Below, piece by piece: positions 1 to 13,187 of a stretch of DNA of 64,000 nt; within the stretch, counting starts at the first letter, position 1, and each line of letters starts with the position of its first letter. The notes beneath the pieces are model-generated. The model worked only from the letters and a program-made list of their open reading frames with translations, made no database searches and had not been told where the DNA came from. Source of the DNA: a virus. Location: IMG/VR virus record IMGVR_UViG_3300045988_087221; one strand, written 5' to 3'. Made by a program: the position numbers and the translations under genes.

Positions 1-3000
1 AATAGTATTTACAAGTAGAAGTAAATGGTCAGCTTTACTAGTTCTAGTCAGCTAGTTCAGATAAAGCCTTTATGTCTAATAACTAGACTCTCTCTATCTC
101 TAAAGCAAATATTAATTACTTATATACTTCTAGCCCTAGACCTACTATTAACTTTGATTAGATAAGTGGTAGAACTACTACATTATTTAATGATAGTCCA
201 GACTATTGGAAAGCTTCCGATGGTAAAATAATTTATAGAGTTGAGGCTAATACTAATAAAGTATTTGAAACTCCAGTTAATTTACAATTAAGTAATAACT
301 TTACTCTTGAATTTGGATTTAAATCATATAATGTAAGTAATGAAGAGTCTCCAGTAATTACATTTGGTCAAATGTTAATTAAACCAACTGTAGTATGTTG
401 GAATACATCAGCAGAATAGCTTTATAATGCTCGATTTGCACAATTTAAAGAAGATGTAGATACTCATATTACTATTACTGTATAGAAAGGATTTACTCTT
501 AATTAGAATGATCCATATTATCCTAATTATTTCTTAGCATAGGATTCTTATAATACATTAAAAGCTAATTTGGACAGTGCTAAGTTTAACTTAGTAAGAA
601 TCTATGTCAATGGAGTAATTAATAGAGAAATATCTATTGATGATGCCACTTTACTTGCATTGTAGAAGGAAGCTTAGTTACAAATAAATCCTAAGGGGTC
701 AGACTTAGACTTATATTTATTAAGAGTTTATAATTCTACAGCACTTACTTTTGATTAGATTTAGCATAACTATATTTCCTTCTTAGCTACTAGAGAATAG
801 AAAGATAGGTTCTACGATAGAAATAATATCTTAGGAACTGATGGTGCTATCTCATTCGCCAAGAGCTTTGGTAAATACAATACATTAGTATATGTATTCC
901 CTAAAGGAGGTAAGTTACCAAATAGAACTTGGCAAGGTGAAAACAATAAACCTGGAGACCAAGATAATGCAGCTAAGAAAATTAGATGTACATTATTTAT
1001 TAACTATGCTGATTAGGCAATTAATAAAATATATGGTGGTAGAATAAATAATGGTCTTGTTAAGGGTTAGGGTTCTTCTGCTATGCGTTATTTAATTTGG
1101 AATACTGCATTCTAGTTAAATAAGTTTAAAGATGGAGAAACTAAAGTAAAGAGTGTATTTACTCCTTATGAAGACTTAGATACTGCTACTAATAAGTTTA
1201 TTGCTAAACCTGCTCATGAAAAGAAAGGTTATTATAACATGCCACCTTATGACGGTTAGACTGATTCTACTGAAAAAGATTTAAAGGTAACTAAACTTGT
1301 AGGTAAAGTTAATTTTGCTTCTTCTATGTAGTCTCATAAAGAGGGAGCTTGTAAACTTTATAATGATGCATATAAAGCAGACACTGATTAGAAGGGATTA
1401 CTTAATGGAGGTCGTAAAGCAGTACATGAGGAAGCTTTCTTATACTTCTATTTAATTACTGACTTAGAGTCTGTAGCTAACTATGAATTAGCAGATTTAC
1501 TTAAGAATCCTGATGTTTAGTTTATGGGATTCTAGACATTTGGTTCAGCTAAAGGCGATAAAGCTACTTTTGGCTATGACGATGATAAAACTCCTGAATA
1601 TATCTTAATAGAAGGTGGCGAGAACTCTGACCCTCATGTTAACTTTAGAAGACCTTGGGCTGCTTTACAACGTGTAGGATTAAATTCAGCTGGCTCTAGA
1701 ACATTAACTAACTTCCCAACTGTAACAGTAGCAGAATAGCAATCATCTAATAGAGATTACTCAAAGAATCTTTGGATTTCTGATGAATCTATTGTTTACC
1801 AGAATCGTGGTTCTTGGGATGTGGACTTTGGTTTGAATGATGAAGCTACTGATTTCACAGAACCTGCTCGTAAATCATTAAATAAGTTTGGAGAGTTTGT
1901 AGACTTTGTTTATAAATATAACTTTAATTTAGTTAAGACTGGTGAAACAGATATTACTAAATGGAATACATTAAATAGATATATAGCTACTAAGGCTATT
2001 CCAGCATTTACTGGTTCTAGAGAAGGTGATATTTATCGTTATGATGAGTTTGCAGGAAGTACAAGTGCTACTGGAGAAGCTATTGGAGGCTGGGTAAGAG
2101 GAGGTACTATATATGATCCTACTACGGGTTGGTCAAGACTTAATATCTATGAAGACTTTGATATGGATTCTAGTATTAATCAGCTTGATATAGCTATTGA
2201 TGAACTTAAATCTTTATTTAAGAAGGGTATAACTAAATACATTGATGTAAATGATGTGGCTATGCATCAAGCAGTTATTAGATTCTTATCAGGTACTGAT
2301 AATAGAGCTAAAAATACTTACTTCTAGATATTTGGTAAAATCTATGAAAATAAAGCATAGACTGATGAAACTGATAATTGGTAGCCGTCAGATAAAGGCG
2401 ATTACCTAATTAGATTATATGGTGATGACTTGGATACTGTTATTGCAACTGATAATAATGGTCTGTAGTCTAAACCTTATAACTTACTTGAACCATCCTA
2501 TGTTCCTGAGACTGCCTCTCAATGGGGTGATAGTGGATTAAATGCTTTCTTCTATATGTTTGATTTGTAGTTTGAAGATATTATTAAAAATAAACTCTAC
2601 AAAGTAATTAATCAAGCATTTGGAACAGCATCTGGAGAAAATACTAACTTCTATAAATACTTCTATAGTATTCAGGCAGATAAGTATCCAGCTATTGCAT
2701 ATAATCATACTGCTCAAATTTACTATGAGAATGCTCAGATAATTAAGAATGCAGGAGCTATTGAACACTATGACAATAACCAAATTGAACCTATTGAATA
2801 GAGCCATGGTTCTTGTTTAGAGGGTGAACAATAGTTTATGGAAAAGAGAAGAAACTTCTTAGCTTCATATACTAAGTAGAGTGAAACTCCTGATTATAAA
2901 ACTGGCTCTTCTGCAGGTGGTAATGATAGGAGACCTTTATAGTTAAGATTAGAGTTTACTCCTTTCTAGGATTTCTATCCTACTTATTTCTATGATGGAA

Positions 3001-5267
3001 CTAAATATTTGATGCCTAATAGTAATACTGACTATAGACCTGATATAATTAAATATTTAGCTAAAGCCGATTAGGATTATGTAGTTAACTTAAAAGAAAC
3101 TGGTACAGCTATTAACGAAGGTTTAATATCTACAGTATTATTTAAGAAACTTAATATTACTGGTTTAGTTAACTATAGTATAGCTCCAGAAAAAGAATAT
3201 ACTAGATTAACTAACTTTACTATTGATAATAATAACTTAAAGACTTATAAAGATTTCTTTGGTGCAGATTATCCAGAGTATAGATTAGATGTATTCAGTA
3301 TGAAAGGTCCTGTATTGGAAAGTCTGACTCTCAATAACATGACTACTCTTGAAACTCTTAATCTTACAGACTTTAATAAGTTAAGAGAAGTCAATTTAAG
3401 TGGAACTACATTTAAGAGAGTTATATTATCAAGTAAAGCTGAGACTATAATTCTCCCTGAGACTATTGAGACATTAGAATTGTATAATCCAGTTAAAGAA
3501 CTTAGATTAGAAGGAACTAGTAATTTAAAGACAGTAGATTTATCTAATGTTGGACAATTTGATGTAGATTCTTTCTTAGAATAGTTAGTTGATTGCAACA
3601 GTCTTGAATCTGTTTCCTTACGTAATTTAACTATTAATGTAACTGAGCAGACTCTCTCTAAGTTACTCTCTGTTAAAAACAATATTACTGGAATAATTAA
3701 TATTGTAGATAGTACAGGTGATTTGGTAGAAATTAGTTATGATACTAAGAAGAACTTGGTAGAATAGTTTGGAGATATTGATAGTGCAACTAATAATCCA
3801 AAAGTTAATTATAAAGCATCTAGTTCAGCTTTCTCTGCTACTTGTGATTCTGAAATAACTGTATTTGGATTAGGCGATAAAGGAACTGGTAAATTTAATC
3901 TTTAGATTAATAGTAACTAGGTGGGAATAGTAAATGATCCAACTCCTAGATTACATATTGATTATTAGCTAGCTAGTTCTACTTATGATTAGTACTTAAA
4001 GGTAGACTCAAAGACAGGTAATATTACTTTAATTAGAGAAAGTACTACTGTATAGCCAGTAATTAATATTTTAGTATATAGAATTGGAAGTTCTACTCCT
4101 ACTAAACTTACATGTAAAGTTAAAATCTAGTGGACAGCTCCTCAAATTGGAGACTTTGTTTATTATGATGGTTCATATTCTAATAACTATAATGCTAATA
4201 AGACTTGTGTAGGTATGGTATATGCTGTAGAGAACACTAATGATACTAGTGGAACAGCTTATGTTATAGGTAAGGAGAATATGACTGAAAATGCTTCATT
4301 CTATCTTGGATTTAGTCCTGATGGAGGTAATAGTGGGGCAGACCGAGGTACTTTAGAATATTGCTTATTCTATGTGGGTAACTGGCTTAAGAACCAAAAC
4401 TTAATCTCAAAAGTGGATAGTTCTGACTCTAACGACTATATAGCTATGTCAGGAGTGTCTACTGATAAACCTGTAGATGAGATTACTTATACATCATATA
4501 CTGATTTCACTACAACAGGATTTACAGGTAAGGAAGATACAGCTATTTATGTTAATACTATAAATAATTCAGTTTTAAGTAAAGTTTATTCTGCATTTGG
4601 CACTGCAGTTAAAAACTATATTACTTATGATAGTGTTAATCAAAGATATAGTATTAAGAGTATGGATAAGTTAATAGCTCTGTGTAAGGGATTGACTTTA
4701 CCTTCAGTAACTATAAGTGAGTTATCTAGTTGTATATTATACCCTTATTATTACGCAGCAACTCTATATTAGCCTACATTAAGATCTACTGAAGGTACTA
4801 TTTATAGTTAGTTTGCATAGGGTAATTGGTACGTACCATCTGCTAAGTAGTTAGCAAGAATTATGTATTATAGAGGTTATAGTGCTAAGGGAACTCAATT
4901 CTTAACTAGCACTTCTGTTGCAGAAACTATTACTAAACAAAGTTCTGGTACTGAAGCTAAAAATAAAGCCATATTCTCTAATGCTAAATAGGTTATGGGA
5001 ACTAATTTCCCTTCAGTATGGTCTAATATAGCTAATAATTAGAATACAACTACTACTATAAACACCTCTTCTAATTATAATAGTTACTCATATTAGAGTA
5101 TGTGTACAGATTATAGCTGTGTTGCACATAGATATGAGTGGATTCCTGGTAAGAAGTTTACAGTTGGTTCATATGATTAGAATTAGTATTAGTATGAAGC
5201 TGCTTGGAGAGTAACTAAGCATTAGGGAGTTCCATTTACACAATTTACTTATAATAAAGGCGCTTAA
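1..5267 (+). CDS. Giant multi-domain tail fibre / receptor-binding protein, N-terminus outside window (>=1754 aa)
   Basis: With TAG read as sense, the frame with codons starting at positions divisible by 3 is open from the window edge to TAA 5265-5267. Track ORFs 1821, 3300 and 4215 all lie in this frame. Motifs by eye: LamG-like LRVYNSTALTFDQIQHNY (720-773); CotH-like FLSGTDNRAKNTYF...LYGDDLDTVIATDNNG (2281-2462); leucine-rich repeats LESLTLNNMTTLETLNLTDFNKLREVNLSG (from ~3315); DUF1566-like GNWYVPSAKQLARIM (4821-4865). Confidence 0.8.
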
Positions 5268-5268
5268 A

Positions 5269-5736
5269 ATGATTGATAAGAATTTATCTTTAAATAATCT
5301 GTTGGAGAGGGAGGACTTATTAGCTCTTCCTCTCTCTAAATGGAAAGAATTACTAATAGAAAAAGATGGAGCTTGTTTTGACTTTTAGTTAAAAGATATT
5401 TTACAAGCTAAATTAACATCTTATGATAAATCTATTGATGTAAATTCTTTCTATTATAAAGAAGATAAGAAGTGGTTGGACAAAGATACCAGAATTGGAT
5501 TATAGAATTTAATTAATTGTGGAGCTTAGACTATAACTGTTTAGTTAGGTTCTGAATTATTAGATATTTCTGCTGACAAATTAAAAGAATTCTTAAATAA
5601 GTTAGAAGTTTATGCAGGAGAATGTTTCTCTGCAACGGCTAAGCATAGAGTAGCTATTAACTAGTTAAAATCTACAGAAGAATTACTTAATTATGATTTT
5701 ACAGCAAATTATCCTAAGAAAATAAGATTACAATGA
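5269..5736 (+). CDS. Small tail-fibre-associated protein, DUF4376-like (155 aa)
   Basis: ATG 5269 lies one nt after the preceding TAA. There are 5 in-frame TAG. TGA 5734-5736 overlaps the next ATG (ATGA). The segment KKWLDKDTRIGLQNLIN...LEVYAGECFSATAKHRVAINQLKSTEELLNYDF resembles the DUF4376 family found beside phage fibres. Confidence 0.7.
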
Positions 5737-6176
5737 ATGACATAAAGATTGGACTGGGAGATAATTCCTCCTGGTCCATTTTTGTTCCACCACAGCCTGA
5801 AAAACCTCCTTCTATTCCTATTGAAATTCCTGATAAAGTGGAATTTAAAAAGACAACTATAGATAGTGGGTTTAGTTGTGATGATAAATTAACTACAAAT
5901 TGTCCCAAACCAGAATTACATACTCATCTTTGTAAAGAAAATTATTTAGGAGAATTTAAGGAAGAATCTGAGAAAGCATTAGCTAGGGATAATTTAGGAG
6001 TTTATAGTAAAGATGAAGTAAGTAAAGTTTTAGCAGATGCAGTTGCAAATCTAGACACATCTATTTTTATTACTAAAAAAGAAGTATATAATTTGGTTGA
6101 GAATTTAGATTTTGTTAACTCTGCTATTAAAGCAAATATAGATTATGAAATTCCTGAACAATTATTTAGTTTATGA
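5733..6176 (+). CDS. Tail-fibre-associated protein (147 aa)
   Basis: Intact track ORF with ATGA overlaps at both ends and no in-frame TAG. Contains the fibre-like segment ARDNLGVYSKDEVSKVL. Confidence 0.75.
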   Translation: MNDIKIGLGDNSSWSIFVPPQPEKPPSIPIEIPDKVEFKKTTIDSGFSCDDKLTTNCPKPELHTHLCKENYLGEFKEESEKALARDNLGVYSKDEVSKVLADAVANLDTSIFITKKEVYNLVENLDFVNSAIKANIDYEIPEQLFSL

Positions 6177-6754
6177 CAGAAATTAGAAGATTATTTCAAA
6201 AGGGTAAAGAATTTGTTCCTATTTCTTTAGCAGAAGCAGTTGTAGTTAATACTAATAATCTTCCGGGATTTAATTCCTTAAAGATAACGACTCTTGATCG
6301 AGTCTTATATAGTTTAACAGGAGTAGTTGGTACTAATACTATAAATATTAAAAATTTATAGGATACTAAATAGGATAAATTAACAGCTGGTAACGGTATA
6401 GTTATTAAAGATGGAGTAATTAGTACAACTGCTAATATTGGAGATATTTATAAGATTGTTTCCGTATTACCGTTGGCATCTGCAGAAGTAACTAATACTT
6501 TATATTTAGTTCCAACTACTTCAGATAATACTGAAGATGGAATGAATATATTTGTAGAATGGCTATGTGTTAAAGTAGGTGAAACTTATAAGTGGGAAAA
6601 ATTAGGAGAGTCCAAAACTACTATTGATTTATCTGATTACATAACTAGTATTCCAGTAACTAATAGTAGTGGTACTATAATTAAGGTTAACTACGAAATT
6701 CCTAAAGATTTATATGATAACTTAATGGATGGAAGTAATGTCACAACATATTGA
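6173..6754 (+). CDS. Tail-fibre-like protein (193 aa)
   Basis: Track ORFs 6173 and 6473 share a frame and are joined through TAG 6359-6361 and one more TAG. The gene ends at TGA 6752-6754. Contains the fibre-type motif KQDKLTAGNGIVIKDGVIS. Confidence 0.75.
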
Positions 6755-7082
6755 ACAACTTAAACATGGTACTACACTTATATTTCCAAGAACTTCACAA
6801 GAAGCAGTATTAGTTAATTATAAAAATAGAGTATAGACTTTAGGAGATTATATAGAAAGAACTGTAATAACTCCAAATGAAAGTCCTTAGAATCTAAAGA
6901 TTCAATATAATAAATAGGGAGAAATAATTAATGCAGAACCAGTTGAGAAATTAAACATATTTGTAAATGGAGTACAATATGTTACATATGATGGTAATAC
7001 AGAAGCTAATCTAAATTTAGGAGATGATTTTATTAACGAAAATAATAATATTAAATTAACTTGGGGAAATGGCACTACTTAA
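6738..7082 (+). CDS. Small virion/fibre-associated protein (114 aa)
   Basis: ATG 6738 overlaps the end of the previous gene. The frame is open through 3 TAG to TAA 7080-7082, and the translation looks protein-like (MSQHIEQLKHGTTLIFPRTSQEAVLVNYKN...). Confidence 0.6.
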
Positions 7083-8562
7083 TTTTATAACACAATATAA
7101 GGATGTAGCTAAATATAAAGATTTAACAGCAAGTTCTCCTAGCCTAGAAGGTTCTTAGGAAAATGATTATGTTAAATTAATATTTACAAAAGATGGACAT
7201 ATCATAACCCATGGAACTGACTATATTCCTTGGGGAAATGGAACTATTCCTATCGATAAGTTGCCTATAACGGATGGTAACAATCCAGATAATACGCATT
7301 TATGGGATTCTGCAACTATTAACTAGAAAATAAACGAGAGTTACGTAATTAATTCTGCAATGCGATTTAAAGGTACTATTGGATTAAATCCCACATATAA
7401 TGGTACCTCAGATACAAATAAATACTTAGTTAATGATGTAAAATCAGGTATACCATCTGCACAGGTGGGTGATACTTATCGAGTTACTAAGTCAGGTAAT
7501 TATGAAGGGTTTCAATGTGAAGCAGGCGACCTGTTAATGTGTATTACTGCTAGTAGTACTAATAAGGCTGCCGAATGGACAGTAGCTTAGACTAATATCA
7601 ATGGTACTATTGATTTTGTAATTAACGGTAAGGTACATAAAATATATTCTAATGATACCTCTGGCTTAACTATGTTTGCCCCAGTAAGTGCAGGTGCTAC
7701 TGGAAATATTTTGGTTTCAGGTGGAACTGGTAGTGCACCTACTTGGGCAAATCCTGCTAATTTAACTGTTGGAACAGCTAATAAAGTATCTAACTCTTTA
7801 TCTAACGGAGCAGGTATTATAGCATTCTCCTATAATGGTTCGAGTGTAAAAAAGATTGCTCTTGCTCCAGCAACTGCTACCACTATAGGGGGTGTTATTG
7901 TAGATGCAGCAGGAGATAAAGCTACTATATCAGTTGACACAAATGGTAAAATATCTTTAACTGCAGCTAATGTTAGAAATGCGTTAGGATATGACCCAGT
8001 AGGAGTAAATAATTGGCGTCCAATATATGTAGACGGAGATGAATTTCAAGGAGGTACTACAGATACAGGAAATCTTAGTATTAAACATGGCTTAGGTATT
8101 ACTATAACTAAAGACACTACTACTCATAACATTACCTTTAGTGCTAATACTAGTTACACAACTAAAGATAAGAATTATAAAGTAGAAGCAGATTCTACTA
8201 CAGGAGGTTTGTATGTTAATGTACCATGGGCAAATACTACTTATGGAGTTGTAAGTAATACTTCAAATGGTTTAGCTCCTAAAGTAATTAATACTAATAC
8301 AACATTAATTAATAGTGCTTTCTATTTATTAGCTTCTTCAAATGGAACGGCAACTCCTAGTTGGTATAAATTACCTGCTAATGCATTTACTAATACATGG
8401 AGAGATATTAAGATAGGTAATGTATCTATAGGTAGTAAAGCTTTAAATATAGACGCTTCAGGAGATATATATGTTGCTAAAACTGAGACTGATAATACAG
8501 TCACAATAGATTTTGGAATTTCATGGTATAATTTAGATACAAATGAATATGAACATGTTTAA
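7069..8562 (+). CDS. Tail fibre protein (497 aa)
   Basis: ATG 7069 overlaps the previous gene by 14 nt. Track ORFs 7360 and 7672 are in the same frame, joined by TAGs. The gene ends at TAA 8560-8562. The protein is Thr/Asn/Gly-rich and fibre-like; its C-terminal module NTWRDIKIGNVSIGS recurs in the next gene. Confidence 0.75.
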
Positions 8563-8568
8563 TAAATA

Positions 8569-11500
8569 ATGAAAATAGCATTTAATCCCTCTACGGTGGC
8601 AGCCTTAACATCTCCACCAGATAACAAAGATATTACATTTGACCTCAGAGGGCATAATATATTTGCACGAGGGGTTAAATTTTAGGGCACAGATACAAAT
8701 ACTTGGAGAGATATAAAAATAAATAATGTAAGTATAGGTTCTCATACCTTAGACTTACGTAATGGTAGTAATACTACATTAACTAATACTAATGGTGTAG
8801 TAACTATCAATTCTACTTGGAGACCAGTAGTGGATAGCTTAACTAGTAATTCCGCTACTAGTTCTCTTTCTGCTAATTAGGGTAGAGTTTTAGCAGGATT
8901 AATTAATGGTAAATCCGATTCAGACCATAATCACGATGATAGATACCTTAAGTTAACAGGTGGAACATTAACGGGCAATCTAATTGGAACTTCTGCCATG
9001 TTTAGTGGTAGATTTTATGGGGGTGGAGACGATGAAGGAATTATAATCAAACCCTCATCTAATGGATATGCAGGACTTATTTTAGGAACACATGATGGAG
9101 AGAGAAGTATTTTCTATTTTGTAAAGAACAAACCTTTTTGGAGATATAGTCATGGTTCTGATAATTTAGATATTATACACCCTAAAAAATCTGGAACCAT
9201 TGCCTTAACTTCAGACATTCCATCATCTTTAAAAAATCCGTATGCTTTAACTATTAGTTTAAATGGAACAAGTCAAGGTCCTTATGATGGAAGTGCTGCT
9301 AAGAATATAAATATTACACCTGGTTCTATAGGAGCTGCTACTAGTGATCATAATCATGATGGTAGATATGTCTATAATTATGGCGGAATCCAAATGGATG
9401 GAGCTTCTGTAAATAAGAATGCCTTAGGTATGACTACTAATAGTGGTATTACTGGAGATTGGTGGCATATTTTACAAGCAGCATGGAATGATGAATATCG
9501 TTGGAACTCATAGATAGCCTTTCCTACATAGAATAGAAATGGTATGTATTATCGTAGTGGTTTAGATGATAATACTAAATGGGGAAGTTGGGTTAAATTA
9601 CTTGATACTAATAATTACTCATCTACTCTAGATTCTCGTTATTATACAGAATCAGAAGTAAATAGTCTTTTATCTAAGAAATTAGATAGAGTTAACTTAA
9701 CTACTGGAAGTTGGAATCCTAGAGGTTATAGTTTAGCCGCTGATTATCACTATAATGGAGGAGATTTATCTATTTCAGAAAATAGTGGATAGATACATGT
9801 ATCTATTGATGGTTATTTTTGGTAGAATGAAGGTAAATATAGAGTGTTGGATACTTCTGATGTCGCAGGATTAAAAGGTGATTTAACAGTATATTAGTAT
9901 TTATCAGCTACAGATGCTACTTGGTGGCCTCTAATATGGGGAGGAAGTTCTCATGCTAATACTAATGACTCTACTGGAGCTGTTTATAAATCACATGATA
10001 AATTATCTTGGTAGGCTGGCACTTAGACATTATATGCTACTAACATTCGAACAGAGAATATAAGACACCTATCTATAGGAGGCGGTATTTATTGGAATCC
10101 TAATGTAGAGTCAGCTACAGATGGTAGTGATGCCGCTTCTATCACTTTAGTTAAATCAGGTGTAGCAGGAGGAACTACATTAGTACTTAGTTAGATGAAT
10201 GATGCTAACGATACTATATAGTTTAAAACTAATGCTGCTGCTAGATTATATCATAATAGTTATCCAATATTAACTATTTAGAATACCTATGTAAGTAATG
10301 GCAAAGGTTATATAAACGGTACTGAGATTACTTAGGTAAATAATTCAGATACTATTGATGGATGGCATAAGAATAATATTCAGTGGACAGGATACATAAC
10401 TTCTCCTAATTCTATAGCATCTTACTGGTTTAAGATGTATGATATAACTGTTACTGGGCATCAATATAATGATATAACTATTACGTTTTTAGTTAGTGAA
10501 GGTTATAGTTCACATTTTTCTATTTTCTATCTAAGAATTAGATAGAATGGAACTAATAATTCTGGAAATTATAATTTAGGTATATCTTTGTATGAGTTAG
10601 TTGGAAATTTACGAGATAAAGTAGTAGCTTATTACAATAATAGTACTGGAAATGTATAGTTATGGGGTAATACTGGTGGTATATGGAGTACCATGAACTA
10701 TACAATTCTCAAAAAAACCTTTAGAACAGATACAGACTCGGCATCTTTAGGCACATTAACTGCTTAGTCATTTAGTTCAGTATAGACACCACCATCTACT
10801 GGATACTCTAAAGTAACTATGTCTAGGGTAGGTTCTGTATCTTATTCAGATAGTACAGGCTCAGTTCATTGGAATAATGTGACTAATAAACCAAGCTCCT
10901 TCACTCCTTCTTCTCATACTCACACTTGGACTTCCATAACAGATAAAATAGTAGCTGGTAATGAGTTCAATATAGTTAATGCAGGATTTAAAGAAGACTT
11001 GTGGTTCAATTATTTACCTATAAATGATAGAAGTAAATCGGCAACTATTGATTTCTATCATCTTGGAAATGGGCATAAAGGTTATGCATCCCTTATAGCT
11101 TCAGGATTTATAATAAATGGTGGAACTAGTTAGTAGTTATTAAGAGCTGATGGCGGAGTTGCTACCTTTAATTGGACTGGTTAGTCAGGCTAGCCTACTT
11201 GGTTATGGGGAGGAAATAGTTAGCATTCTTATTATGTATATAATCCTAGCAACTTTAGAGTAGCTTACGCTGCCTCCGCTGGAAACGCAGATACTTTAGA
11301 TGGAGAACATGCATCTAATTTTGTTAGAGCTGGAAACTTTGAATCATCTGATTTAAATAAGTTAGATACTTATTCGTTTATTAAATCTGCTTATTCCACT
11401 AATAAAGATACTTCTCCTAAAGGTAATATTGGATGGTATAATGTTATTTAGGCAGTACATAGAAATGGAGCAAGTGATGGACCAGGTTATATAGGTTAGA

Positions 11501-13128
11501 TAGCATTAGGTATGACTATTAATACGGACGATATGTTCTTTAGAGGTAAGAGAACTGATCCTTGGAAAACAGTTATCCATTCAGGTAATATTGGATCTTA
11601 GTCAGTAGCATATGCTTCTAATGCCGATATGGTAGATGGATATCATGCTACTAGTAATAATAATAAGCCTTGGGGTACTATTCCAGCTATTACTCCTAGT
11701 GGATTTATGGATATAGGAAAACATTTAGAATTTCATTATGATAACACCACCGGGTCGGATTACTCAACAGCTCTTATGTGTTAGGGTAATTACAGCAATA
11801 TTGTTTATCTTCCAACGGCAAGTGGTACTCTTGCGTTAACATCCCAGGTATTAACTTGGAAGTCTTAGATTATTGACATGCGTAATTATAGTGAAAGTTA
11901 TTGGCATCCTGTCACAGTACCTCTACCTAATTTGGGATACAATAAAATTAAAGTCTCAGTGTAGCTAAATAGTGGAGATAAACCTTCTTGGGCTACTCAT
12001 AGTAACGGAATTACTTGCAATATGGAAATATGGGCAACAGCCAGTGGATGGGGAACTACTGATTCTGATACTATATGTTTAAATTATACTTATAAATTTT
12101 GTTCACAAAATCCTTGTGGTTGGATGCAGTTAGGTAATTCATCATTAGGAGTGGTCTTTTTAAGAGGAGGTTCTAGATATACCGTTTATACTGACTTTGA
12201 TGCTACTTTTACCCCTCACAATTAGAAATATACATGGGGTAGTGGCAGTTCTTCATAGGATACAGGAGGACCATATACTAGTTGCCCAGGTCTTAATTTT
12301 AATATGGGTGCAATACGTGCTGATTTAATTGCAACTCTGGTACAAGCCAGAAGGGTATGTGCAGGACATGACCCTGGGATAGACAATTCTATATCTTGTT
12401 CTAACTGGTTTAGAAGTAGTGGAAATACAGGTTGGTATAATACCACATACTAGGGAGGTTGGTATATGTCAGATACCTCTTGGATTAGGGCACATAATAA
12501 TGTAGGAATTTATACTGGTGGTCAAATTTACTCTGGTAGTTCCATTAGAATGGGTAGTATTCGTTTAGAAAGAACTAATGAAATTAATAGTAGTGATAAT
12601 CTATTTATAAATTATGGAAGTTCTACTAACGTTAGTTTATGCAACGGAGGAGGCAATGTAGGTATTGGTACTATATCTCCCACACAAAAATTAGATGTAA
12701 ATGGAAACATTACTACTAAAGGTTTTGGAATACAACCATGTTATCTATCTGAATTAAACTTATTTCCTACCATTAGCCCTGGTGATGGTTATAAATATAA
12801 ATGCTTAGAAATAGGTAGAACAATAGACATATCCTGTATTATTGCTGATAAAGCAGTCTTAATGAGTGAAAGAGGAATTTTGATAAAATTTAATAAAGGT
12901 TATGATGGTTAGATAATATTACTGAAGGATTTGTAGAGTTATGGAATTGGAAATGGCTATTTTTGGGTTATGCCTTCTGGGTGTAATATAATAAAAGCAG
13001 ATGGTAGCAGTATTCTTGTAGGTTAGAATTAGATAAGTGATATATATAATGATGGTCGTTCGCGATTTTTAGTATATTCTTCTGTACATAGCGTGTGGAT
13101 AGAATTTCTTTGTGCTAACATTAATTAA
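8569..13128 (+). CDS. Long tail fibre protein (1519 aa)
   Basis: ATG 8569. Track ORFs 8998, 9544, 10819, 12022 and 12466 all share its frame, and I read every gap between them as open apart from TAG. The first TAA is 13126-13128. Fibre motifs: SDHNHDDRYLKLTGGTLTG, SDHNHDGRY, PSSHTHTW, GWYNTTYQGGWYMSDTSWIRAHNN, NVGIGTISPTQKLDVNGNI. Confidence 0.85.
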
Positions 13129-13149
13129 CTTTTACTCTAACCCAAATTA

Positions 13150-13165
13150 ATATATAATTATATAT
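13150..13165. promoter_or_regulatory. Perfect 16-bp palindrome ATATATAATTATATAT in the intergenic spacer ahead of the TAG-free genes
   Basis: Read directly from the sequence. It sits in the 59-bp AT-rich gap between the fibre stop (13128) and ATG 13188. A regulatory role is only a guess. Confidence 0.25.
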
Positions 13166-13187
13166 GTTTAATAAAAATAAATGATTT

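Noticed and set aside
5304-5336. An imperfect hairpin GGAGAGGGAGGA...TCTTCCTCTCTC just inside gene 5269.
   Set aside because: The stem is bulged, no U-tract follows, and it lies within ordinary coding sequence (LEREDLLALPLSK). I judged it coincidental.
1-13128. A diversity-generating retroelement target (VR/TR pair) or CRISPR-like repeats in the fibre region.
   Set aside because: I saw no ~100-bp near-identical repeat pair with adenine-specific differences, no reverse transcriptase and no regularly spaced repeats. The only recurrences are short protein-level motifs.
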